DNA from: a virus
Length of the DNA stretch: 64,000 nucleotides
Strand: one strand, 5' to 3'
Virus record (IMG/VR): IMGVR_UViG_3300009506_000013
Coordinates: 1 to 64,000 of that record
A program made the position numbers and the translations under genes. This document shows, piece by piece, positions 28,629 through 35,864 of this stretch (positions are counted from its first letter, which is position 1; every line of letters begins with the position of its first letter). Under the pieces are notes generated by a model, which worked only from the letters and a program-made list of their open reading frames with translations, had not been told where the DNA came from and did no database searches.

Positions 28629-28703
28629 CTGGACTTGTGACCAGTTAGATTCCACCATGGAATCTAGCGCATTAAGGCCGGATCGCTCCGGCCCCACTCT
28701 GCT
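28629..28703 (-). ncRNA. twister ribozyme R11
   Basis: Full consensus; P3 AGAUUCC..GGAAUCU. Confidence 0.88.
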
Positions 28704-28893
28704 AATTTTCTATCCAAGCAACGCTTTTCGCATTCAATAGTTCCAGTCTCACCTCTTCCAGCATTTGGATATCGGCCTCGTGTTTCCTCTTGCTTCGAGC
28801 TGAGAAAGAAAGTTTGTCAATCCGGTCTTGGATAGCGTCAACCACCGCCAACTGCTGGCGGATACTCAGAAAGTGTACCATTAAGTCTTTCAT
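28702..28893 (-). CDS. small hypothetical protein
   Basis: RBS after R12; stop codon overlaps R11. Confidence 0.7.
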   Translation of the reverse strand: MKDLMVHFLSIRQQLAVVDAIQDRIDKLSFSARSKRKHEADIQMLEEVRLELLNAKSVAWIEN

Positions 28894-28905
28894 TTTTTAT
28901 CTCCT

Positions 28906-28979
28906 CTGGACTTGTGACCAGTGGCCGGGACAACCCCAGCCAGCGCATTAAGGCCGGATCGCTCCGGCCCCACTCTGCT
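28906..28979 (-). ncRNA. twister ribozyme R12
   Basis: Identical to R2 and R15. Confidence 0.88.
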
Positions 28980-29278
28980 TAAGGCTCATAAAATCTAACA
29001 TCGAAATCATTACAAGCCCTCATGAAATCCAGTATCGTCATCGTGTCAGATAACCGGCGCAGGAAGGCATAACCGTTCATTCCTTCCACCGTAGAATACT
29101 GGTCAAGATCATTCTCGTAGATATGGACGCCATTGGCGTCAACCACGATCCCATAAGCCTTCTCAACATCTTGCGAGATTAGAACCAACCCGACCAACGG
29201 ATCAGAACCATCACCAAAACTCTCAGCACTCGAAAAGGCATCCCAATCTTGCTTATCAAACTTTCTAAGATTAATCAT
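28979..29278 (-). CDS. hypothetical early protein
   Basis: RBS after R13; stop codon overlaps R12. Confidence 0.7.
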   Translation of the reverse strand: MINLRKFDKQDWDAFSSAESFGDGSDPLVGLVLISQDVEKAYGIVVDANGVHIYENDLDQYSTVEGMNGYAFLRRLSDTMTILDFMRACNDFDVRFYEP

Positions 29279-29290
29279 TTTGTTTCTCCT

Positions 29291-29364
29291 CTGGACTTGT
29301 GACCAGTAGCCTCCACCATAGAGGCTAGCGCATTAAGGCCGGATCGCTCCGGCCCCACTCTGCT
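29291..29364 (-). ncRNA. twister ribozyme R13
   Basis: Identical to R6. Confidence 0.88.
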
Positions 29365-29614
29365 AGTCTTCCAACTCATCCAACCCATCGAGGCAAGCCT
29401 CAACTTCATACAACCGCTGAGCCTCTTTCGCGGATATCTTCACGGAGGAAACAACCAGCCAGTTGTTATCGTCCAAGACATCCCCAACCTGTGTAACCAC
29501 GGGGCAATTCTTTCCATCGAACACTTTCTTCATGGCGGCATTTAACTCATCCACCGGAATTTGATCTGCCCAATCCCAAAATATTAACTCAGTCTTTACT
29601 GTGTTCTTTTTCAT
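29363..29614 (-). CDS. hypothetical early protein
   Basis: Start reassigned to MKKNTV after the GAGGAGA RBS. Confidence 0.7.
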   Translation of the reverse strand: MKKNTVKTELIFWDWADQIPVDELNAAMKKVFDGKNCPVVTQVGDVLDDNNWLVVSSVKISAKEAQRLYEVEACLDGLDELED

Positions 29615-29627
29615 TTTCTTTTCTCCT

Positions 29628-29699
29628 CTGGACTTGTGACCAGTGGCTCCCCCATGGAGCCAGCGCATTAAGGCCGGATCGCTCCGGCCCCACTCTGCT
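29628..29699 (-). ncRNA. twister ribozyme R14
   Basis: Identical to R8. Confidence 0.88.
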
Positions 29700-29931
29700 A
29701 ACCGTTCCAAACCTCAACGCCAGTAACCGTCACTTTCATATTAATTCCGGCATCGGCCACGAACTTTTTGACCAGTTCCTTCGCAACATCCTTGTTTCGA
29801 GCCTCCACAAGGATCTCATCCAGCGTATCCACGCAACCGCCAAGAATATAGGTACAACGGTATTTTTTCGGCGTGACCTTATGGTGTGGTTGCCGACGCA
29901 TCGAAGTCCCCCATCCATTGTTTCTTCCCAT
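29698..29931 (-). CDS. hypothetical early protein
   Basis: Start reassigned to MGRNNG after the RBS. Confidence 0.7.
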   Translation of the reverse strand: MGRNNGWGTSMRRQPHHKVTPKKYRCTYILGGCVDTLDEILVEARNKDVAKELVKKFVADAGINMKVTVTGVEVWNG

Positions 29932-29947
29932 TTTCTTATCTCCTATT

Positions 29948-30021
29948 CTGGACTTGTGACCAGTGGCCGGGACAACCCCAGCCAGCGCATTAAGGCCGGA
30001 TCGCTCCGGCCCCACTCTGCT
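29948..30021 (-). ncRNA. twister ribozyme R15
   Basis: Identical to R2 and R12. Confidence 0.88.
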
Positions 30022-30223
30022 AGTAACAATCTATTCCTTTCACCACGCATCCGGTGTTCAGGCCCTTTACCTCTTCAACCAGCGCCTCCCAGTACTTTCT
30101 AGCTGGCGCCTCTCTTTTATATTTACGGTTCCAACTCTCAAACGCGGGCCTGCGATTAAGAGTACAAAAAATCTCAAAGCCATCTTTGGTTTCGAAAAAC
30201 GAAATTCTAATTGTATCGCTCAT
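30020..30223 (-). CDS. hypothetical early protein (first gene of the array)
   Basis: Start reassigned to MSDTIR after the RBS. Confidence 0.7.
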   Translation of the reverse strand: MSDTIRISFFETKDGFEIFCTLNRRPAFESWNRKYKREAPARKYWEALVEEVKGLNTGCVVKGIDCY

Positions 30224-30235
30224 GGTGTTTCTCCT

Positions 30236-30314
30236 CTGGACTTGTGACCAGTAGCCCAACCGCTGGGCTAGCGCATTAAACGGATGGCAATGCACTTACC
30301 ATCCGCCACTCTGC
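30236..30314 (-). ncRNA. twister ribozyme R16 (5'-most copy)
   Basis: Unique P1 GCGGAUGGUAA/UUGCCAUCCGU; the rest matches consensus. Confidence 0.85.
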
Positions 30315-30847
30315 AAATTTTGGAGAATTTTCCGATCTCTTTTAGCAAAATACCGTATCGGTCACCCGCGACAATCGAATCACACTCGATTACTGAGCCA
30401 CCCCGCTCAATTGGGACTTGCGATATTTCACCGTCTGTTTCACCGGGTGTCTTATCCACCCTGCCCACAACCTACTTTGTTCAGCTCTGGGTCCGCCTCA
30501 CCTCCTCCGGATTTTAGCGGTAGCACCTTGGGCTCCCCGTTTTTCGGATCTTTGCCATCAGGTCTGGCCTTTTGTTTTTTCTCCGGTGGCCTTCGATTTT
30601 CATCAACCGGATTTTCCGCTGGCTCCTTCGGTTCCGCCTTCGGTCGGCTTCTTTAATTCCGCTCCCCCTGACCTTGGGCTTTCCCTTCCGCCTTTCTTTT
30701 TCGCCCTTCCGGTTTCCCCCAGTCATGCCGATGTCGGCCTCAGTTGGGTTCCACGTTTATAGGGTGTACCGCTTTTCGCTTCCCCGCCCCCCCTTTCTTC
30801 TTTCTACTCTATTTAACTTTATCATCTTACCTTATCCTTTCTTACTG
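30315..30847 (-). ncRNA. putative ~530 nt structured leader or ncRNA
   Basis: Lies between the promoter and R16; purine-rich, many short hairpins, no convincing RBS-led ORF. Confidence 0.35.
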
Positions 30848-30853
30848 TACTTA

Positions 30854-30914
30854 AATATAATGGAAAATGAAGGGATAGTCTACATTTTTTTTAACTTTTT
30901 TTGATTTTTTTTTT
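30854..30914 (-). promoter_or_regulatory. strong sigma70-type early promoter with UP element
   Basis: -35 TAGACT (30877-30882), 17 bp spacer, -10 TATATT (30854-30859), upstream A-tracts. Confidence 0.75.
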
Positions 30915-30973
30915 AAGTGGAGGAAAATCAATCATTTATGAGGACGATTTTTTTGTTTTTTCCGGCATTTAGG

Positions 30974-31228
30974 CTATTTTTTACCCCCATCAACTGCTAA
31001 TTTCCTATGCTTTTTTGATGGTCTTCCCCGGTGTAAATTCCGGGCTTTTAGGGCCAGCACCTGCCGCATATCGTACAGCCGAATATGGCCATCATCGAAC
31101 ACAGGCACCAAATACCCCTTTAAAACATGGCTATCGATGGCGCTTGCTGAACAGCCGTATATCTCTGCCGCAGTCTTCCGGCTCACCAGCCGATTAATAT
31201 CAAACATCCTTCTCTTGAATCTCCTCAC
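30974..31228 (-). CDS. helix-turn-helix DNA-binding protein (excisionase/MerR-like)
   Basis: LVSRKTAAEIYGCS...G.L......RLY pattern. Confidence 0.7.
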   Translation of the reverse strand: MRRFKRRMFDINRLVSRKTAAEIYGCSASAIDSHVLKGYLVPVFDDGHIRLYDMRQVLALKARNLHRGRPSKKHRKLAVDGGKK

Positions 31229-32097
31229 CTCAAAGCCTCCAAAATCTCCCGCTCATCCGTTTCAGCTGGATCCTTCCCCGATACCTGAACAATCCTGATC
31301 GGCCTTCGATGAAAGGATAACAGCTGTCTCATTTTTAACGCATCCAATTCCGCTTCCCGGTCCAGCATCACCACGAACCGGTCAAAGCCGGATACCAACG
31401 CCAATTTCTCGTGGCTGAGAACCTTCCCGCCGATAGCGACAGCCGCCCAATCAGCAAACATTCTATCATGCGCCAACGCACGATCAACCGCCAACTTATC
31501 GGCCCAACCTTCTACAAGCACCAAGGTGGAGGCGATGCCTGCCGCCTGGTCATAACCAAACAGCGCCTCAGCTGCCTTCGCTCCTACAGGGTGAAGAACC
31601 TTCCGCTCAGCTCTTCCTGTCCAATCCCGCGCAACGAAGCTCACCAACTCCCCGTCCAGCGTAATGGGTATTATCACCCTGTTTCTATATCTCCCAGTCG
31701 GACAAAATCCTATGGAATATTTTTGAATCTGGCCTACTGTGATCCTCCGGCCCAGCAGGTAGCGCATGGCTATCCCGGCAATAATACCGCGCCGGGGGAG
31801 TGCGAAATATTCCGAAGGCAAGCAAACATCCTTCTCTTTCTCCGGCTTCCACATTCCTCCCGGCAACTCGCCGGAAAGCATCCGCGCCTCACGGTAGCTG
31901 ATACGATTTAGCTTTACAAACAGCCCTGCTAACCGGCCCCGCTTCCCGCAACCGTGGCAGATGTAAACTTTCTTCCGTACATTAACGCAACAAGACGGTG
32001 TGCGCTCGTTGTGCCACGGGCAGAGTATGGTCCATTCTCCTCCTCCACTATGGCGTGCGTTTGGCTGTCCTGCGATAATCCGCTCTGCTTGATTCAT
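31225..32097 (-). CDS. DNA primase (CHC2 zinc finger plus TOPRIM)
   Basis: CPWH..RTPS...CHGCG, RVIIPI, VEG..D, D.E, KDP. Confidence 0.9.
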   Translation of the reverse strand: MNQAERIIAGQPNARHSGGGEWTILCPWHNERTPSCCVNVRKKVYICHGCGKRGRLAGLFVKLNRISYREARMLSGELPGGMWKPEKEKDVCLPSEYFALPRRGIIAGIAMRYLLGRRITVGQIQKYSIGFCPTGRYRNRVIIPITLDGELVSFVARDWTGRAERKVLHPVGAKAAEALFGYDQAAGIASTLVLVEGWADKLAVDRALAHDRMFADWAAVAIGGKVLSHEKLALVSGFDRFVVMLDREAELDALKMRQLLSFHRRPIRIVQVSGKDPAETDEREILEALR

Positions 32098-33455
32098 GGC
32101 TGTGCCTGATTCTGGGCGTAGGCCACCCCATCACTTAATCGCATCTCATGGAGACAGAATTGCATCCGCGAAAAATCCTGCTTCAGTAAGATGTCTCCAA
32201 CCTTCTGGCCAGCCGGTCCATGCCAATAACCATCTACATATAACCGCATTTCGTTGTTGTCATACTCCTCTGGCGTTTGGTTTAATGTAAGAATCAAGGA
32301 GGAGTGCTGGGCTGGCATCGAGCTTTCCTGTCCATCCTCCATATAGATCCGGAATTGTTTCCGCCTTTTTAATGGTGTCTGCTGGGCGGTAATGAGCACA
32401 ACATTCTCCCGTTGGGCCACGGCACGGGCGGTTGTGAATATCTCATCCCGCGAAGCTCTCATCCAAGCATCCCCGCCCCGCACTGAACTCTTCATCAGCT
32501 CCCCATAATCAACAATCACCACATCTATCCGCACCCCATCGCGGGCCAGCTGCTGGATATCGTTTTGAAGATCCTGGGGAGAGTAGGTCCGCGCCATCCG
32601 CCATAGGATATACAGCTTGGATTTGAACAGCTCTTTTAGATAACCAATTTGGTTTCCTAATTTGTCCATGAACGGCGTCAGCTCATCCTTTTCCATATTC
32701 GAGAACATGGAGTCATAGCGATCCTCTACCATCGCCCTCGAATTTTCCAGGCTGACATGGAGCACGTTGTGCCCTTGTAGAATTGCGCACTTGCCGGCGT
32801 GTTGTAAAAAGATGGACTTGCCCCGCTTGCTTGGCGCTATACAAAGACAGATCTCATCCCGGTGCGCAAATATTCCGTACTTCTCCAGCGTAGGAACCAT
32901 GAAACGGACTCCATCCTTTGACTTCGATTCCAGAATGCGCCGGAGTATGCGCTTGTTCACTGTTGTAAAATATTCTACAGGCCTCTCCAAATCATCCTTC
33001 TGGATCGCCTGTGCCCTGCTTACTGCTTCCGCCGCCGCATCTATATTCCCGGCCTCGATAGCTTCCCCCAATTCAATCTGAAGCCTCTTCAACTTCGCGA
33101 ACTGAAAGAACCTTTCGAGCTTTTGGGATATGTAGTATGCGTTGGTTGGTTCTTGAACAAGCTCAGCGCCTTTTCCTTTTAGAAGCTTGACGCGTGACTC
33201 ATTCATCCGCTCATCTTCGGCGGCATCCTGTATATAGGACAAGAACATGTCCTTGGCCACGAGGCCAGATTGGTCATAATAACGTCTTGCTAATTCTGCT
33301 AATGTAATGCGGAGTGTATCCCCGAATAGATCTGGGCTTAATAGTTGGCCATACTTCCTCATGAACTTAACATCAGTCAGCATCAAAGTCAGTACACCAT
33401 CGACAAACCCTTCGTCAAACCCTCTAAACGTGTCGCGTGTGTACTGTGTGGCCAT
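32094..33455 (-). CDS. DnaB-like replicative helicase
   Basis: APSKRGKS Walker A, SLE, VIVDY, TAQQ. Confidence 0.88.
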   Translation of the reverse strand: MATQYTRDTFRGFDEGFVDGVLTLMLTDVKFMRKYGQLLSPDLFGDTLRITLAELARRYYDQSGLVAKDMFLSYIQDAAEDERMNESRVKLLKGKGAELVQEPTNAYYISQKLERFFQFAKLKRLQIELGEAIEAGNIDAAAEAVSRAQAIQKDDLERPVEYFTTVNKRILRRILESKSKDGVRFMVPTLEKYGIFAHRDEICLCIAPSKRGKSIFLQHAGKCAILQGHNVLHVSLENSRAMVEDRYDSMFSNMEKDELTPFMDKLGNQIGYLKELFKSKLYILWRMARTYSPQDLQNDIQQLARDGVRIDVVIVDYGELMKSSVRGGDAWMRASRDEIFTTARAVAQRENVVLITAQQTPLKRRKQFRIYMEDGQESSMPAQHSSLILTLNQTPEEYDNNEMRLYVDGYWHGPAGQKVGDILLKQDFSRMQFCLHEMRLSDGVAYAQNQAQP

Positions 33456-34104
33456 TCCTTCTCCTCAAGAATTTGCTCTTCTCTTCATAGAATATACGCT
33501 CACGGATGAGCTTCTCTCTCTCGTGCTTTGGCATGCTATCGAATACAAACTTTGGCATTCCGGCTACCGGCTTATTTGCATCCACCACTGCCATGCTGGC
33601 CTTCCGCTGGGCGTATTGGCGGGCTTGCTCTTCTAATTGTATTGGGAGTCTATGTTGGCGGGCAAGTTCTTGGATGCGGCGGGCGGATGCTTCCTGATTG
33701 GCTAGCTCTTGCTTTCTCTTTTCGGCATCCCCGTTGTATAGCTCTTGGCTGAGAAATTCCGTATACCGCATTTCAGCCTTCGCTCCGCATAGATGATGGG
33801 GGAGCGGGCGATGCCGGCTATATTGAACGAACCATAGAAAGTTGTGCTCAACAAAATCCGTCAAACTCCAGCTCCGCATCCTACACAAAGCAATTATCCT
33901 CTTCATAGAGGTAAGCTCAGCCTTGGTTGTTCCTATGCGGATATATGTGGTATGGTAGTGCTTCTTATAAAGGTCAAACAATATCTCTTTAAGGTTTTGA
34001 ACCTCGAACTCCATGACCCTCTTTTCGATTATCTTTAAAAGCTCTTCTGGCTCTGGTGGTACGGGCGGTGTGCGGTTCGGTATCCAGTTCCATAACATAG
34101 GCAT
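33424..34104 (-). CDS. hypothetical protein (replication module)
   Basis: 226 aa with an AAGGAGA RBS; overlaps the helicase. Confidence 0.65.
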   Translation of the reverse strand: MPMLWNWIPNRTPPVPPEPEELLKIIEKRVMEFEVQNLKEILFDLYKKHYHTTYIRIGTTKAELTSMKRIIALCRMRSWSLTDFVEHNFLWFVQYSRHRPLPHHLCGAKAEMRYTEFLSQELYNGDAEKRKQELANQEASARRIQELARQHRLPIQLEEQARQYAQRKASMAVVDANKPVAGMPKFVFDSMPKHEREKLIRERIFYEEKSKFLRRRNGHTVHTRHV

Positions 34105-34133
34105 CTCTCCTTATATAACTGAACATTGGTTGA

Positions 34134-34325
34134 TTAACTTGCTGTGTCATCATGGTGTATCTCTGCACTCCTCCTTTCAAACATTAACTCGGCGTATGTA
34201 TAGGCTAGACTCACTTGTTGTTTTGGATCTGGTGTCGGAAAGCCTAACAATATAAGATCCTTTAACAACAGGGTAGCCAGCATATCAACCAAGTCCATAG
34301 GAACTTCTTTTTCAGATTTGCTCAC
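34134..34325 (-). CDS. small hypothetical protein
   Basis: AAAGGAGA RBS with a GTG start. Confidence 0.5.
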   Translation of the reverse strand: MSKSEKEVPMDLVDMLATLLLKDLILLGFPTPDPKQQVSLAYTYAELMFERRSAEIHHDDTAS

Positions 34326-34346
34326 GCTGTCTCCTTTGTAGCTAAA

Positions 34347-34525
34347 AAGACCGTGCTAGCACGGTCTTACGTTGACTCCAGTCAACGTCAAATCACTTGG
34401 TGAAAATTTTTGGCGGTTCTTTTTAAATCTCTAAGCCTTATATCGCTTTTGCTTCGCAAATCCCCAGCGCTTTGGCCCTTTGCTTCGCAAACCCCATTCC
34501 TAAATCCCCCCCTACCCCCCCTTAA
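34347..34525. repeat. palindrome / direct-repeat cluster (possible replication origin or regulatory region)
   Basis: 22 bp perfect palindrome AAGACCGTGCTAGCACGGTCTT, ACGTTGACT-CC-AGTCAACGT, two TTTGCTTCGCAAA copies 31 bp apart, C-tracts. Confidence 0.6.
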
Positions 34526-34612
34526 AGGTTTTCCCCGTAAGGTACAGCGCTTTCCTTTCTATTAAATCCCTTCGGCGGAAAAAGTAAAGAAGTTTTTTCT
34601 GACTTTTTTTAG

Positions 34613-34795
34613 TCACCTCTTCTTCTTCACTACTTTGTTGAGTCTTGTACCAAGGGTGTGTACTTGTGACCATGCGCGTTGATTGTCCTGTTCTAAGCGA
34701 GATATACGTTTCTTCTGCCTTCGGAGGGTCTTTTTGAGACCCTCCACAACATCACAATGATCACAATCCTTATTTATACATTCCGCATCAGACAT
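34613..34795 (-). CDS. small coiled-coil protein
   Basis: 60 aa at the end of the late operon. Confidence 0.5.
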   Translation of the reverse strand: MSDAECINKDCDHCDVVEGLKKTLRRQKKRISRLEQDNQRAWSQVHTLGTRLNKVVKKKR

Positions 34796-34804
34796 CCAGC
34801 ATCC

Positions 34805-35260
34805 CTACGCGAATTCATCCTGTACCGTGATAGCTCCCTCTACAATCACCAAACTATCTGTCTCGCTGGCTGCTACAGGGATTGTAATGGTTTTCTCACG
34901 GTAATCCTCAGTCGCTTGCTTTACTTTCGCTCTACAAGTGATTACACCATCTCCTAATACGCCTGTACACTTCGCCAGACAGGATAAACCATCCGCCGCA
35001 GGTTCCAGCTGAAATATAGCAGCGGTTGTCGTGGACCATTCCGGAATACCATACACCTGACTGGGATTGCCTCTTTTATTCCGGCCCTCTACTGCTAACT
35101 GTATCTGTTGGACGTCATTCAATACTGCCATAGCTTCAATCTCCCCTTCTATGACTATATAGTCATCAATTACTGCTTTTGTGAATATGATAGATTCGGT
35201 GTGATCCGATCCACCAACCAGCTCCTCTACAACACTCTTTACTTTAGAGGCCATCGACAT
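34805..35260 (-). CDS. beta-rich (Ig-like) hypothetical protein
   Basis: 151 aa beta-strand-rich acidic ORF. Confidence 0.6.
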   Translation of the reverse strand: MSMASKVKSVVEELVGGSDHTESIIFTKAVIDDYIVIEGEIEAMAVLNDVQQIQLAVEGRNKRGNPSQVYGIPEWSTTTAAIFQLEPAADGLSCLAKCTGVLGDGVITCRAKVKQATEDYREKTITIPVAASETDSLVIVEGAITVQDEFA

Positions 35261-35864
35261 AGAATGTCCCGTTCGTGGTCAGCTCTTCCCCGTCTGCAGA
35301 AGTAATTGACCAGATGTACTCATAGTATGCCAATTCATCCATAGGTAAATCATAGATGACGGCTCGATGCATAAGGCCCACGGGCGTGGGCGATGCAATG
35401 ATAGTCTTCCAAGGTTCGCCTTCCACTCCCATCTTCCTGTAGCGGACATAGGCCGAAGCGGGCTTATTGGTCATGGCCAATAGCGTGGCCCCGTACCAAT
35501 CGACTGACACCGGGTGCGATGTTATCTCGAATATAACTGGCTCTGGGGGAGGCTCTTCGCTGTCAATAAAGGCAGACACTTCATTAGAGTATCCACTTTC
35601 CGTATCAGGATCATAAGCCGTCACCGCAAAGAAATAAGTACCAGGCTCCAGCGCTACAACGGTCCATGTAGTTTGGTTCCCGGCATCTTGAGCGTGTTCA
35701 TAATTCCGGCTAGACGGTCCCCAATAGACTTTGTACCCGGTCACAGTAGATGTAACACTTGGATTCCAAGCCAGACTTACCTCAGCACAGTCTCCACATC
35801 GCACCGCTAAACTAAGCAGGACAATCAAAAGAAACGCAATCAGGTTCTTTCTTCCTCTACTCAT
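35244..35864 (-). CDS. secreted or membrane-anchored fibronectin type III domain protein
   Basis: Hydrophobic N-terminus; LAW.P....GYKVY...L.PGTY.F.V.AY....S..S. Confidence 0.75.
   Translation of the reverse strand: MSRGRKNLIAFLLIVLLSLAVRCGDCAEVSLAWNPSVTSTVTGYKVYWGPSSRNYEHAQDAGNQTTWTVVALEPGTYFFAVTAYDPDTESGYSNEVSAFIDSEEPPPEPVIFEITSHPVSVDWYGATLLAMTNKPASAYVRYRKMGVEGEPWKTIIASPTPVGLMHRAVIYDLPMDELAYYEYIWSITSADGEELTTNGTFYVDGL

Noticed and set aside
24432-30295. ORF-track N-termini such as MGPERSGLNAL... (24728, 25434, 28697, 30015) and MERLAEW... (29710)
   Set aside because: These are read-through translations of the ribozyme repeat; the real starts lie after the AGGAGA RBS that follows each repeat
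22705-30314. Repeats as a CRISPR array
   Set aside because: The units are ~75 nt with internally variable stems, the intervals are hundreds of bp and contain RBS-led ORFs, and no cas genes are visible
22705-30314. Repeats as integron attC sites
   Set aside because: No RYYYAAC/GTTRRRY ends, no single long imperfect palindrome and no integron integrase in the window; the covariation fits a multi-stem pseudoknotted RNA
22705-30314. Repeats as intrinsic terminators or repeated promoters
   Set aside because: No U-tract follows the hairpins and there is no -35/-10 pair; the conserved unpaired bases match a ribozyme core
30400-30430. UCGCAAGUCC...GAGCGGGG in the leader resembling a 17th twister
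   Set aside because: No P4 stem, no UAA loop and no P2 pairing can be built around it
30514-30726. 70 aa Arg/Lys-rich ORF in the leader
   Set aside because: No clear RBS, and the composition follows from the purine-rich sequence; not fully excluded without ribosome profiling
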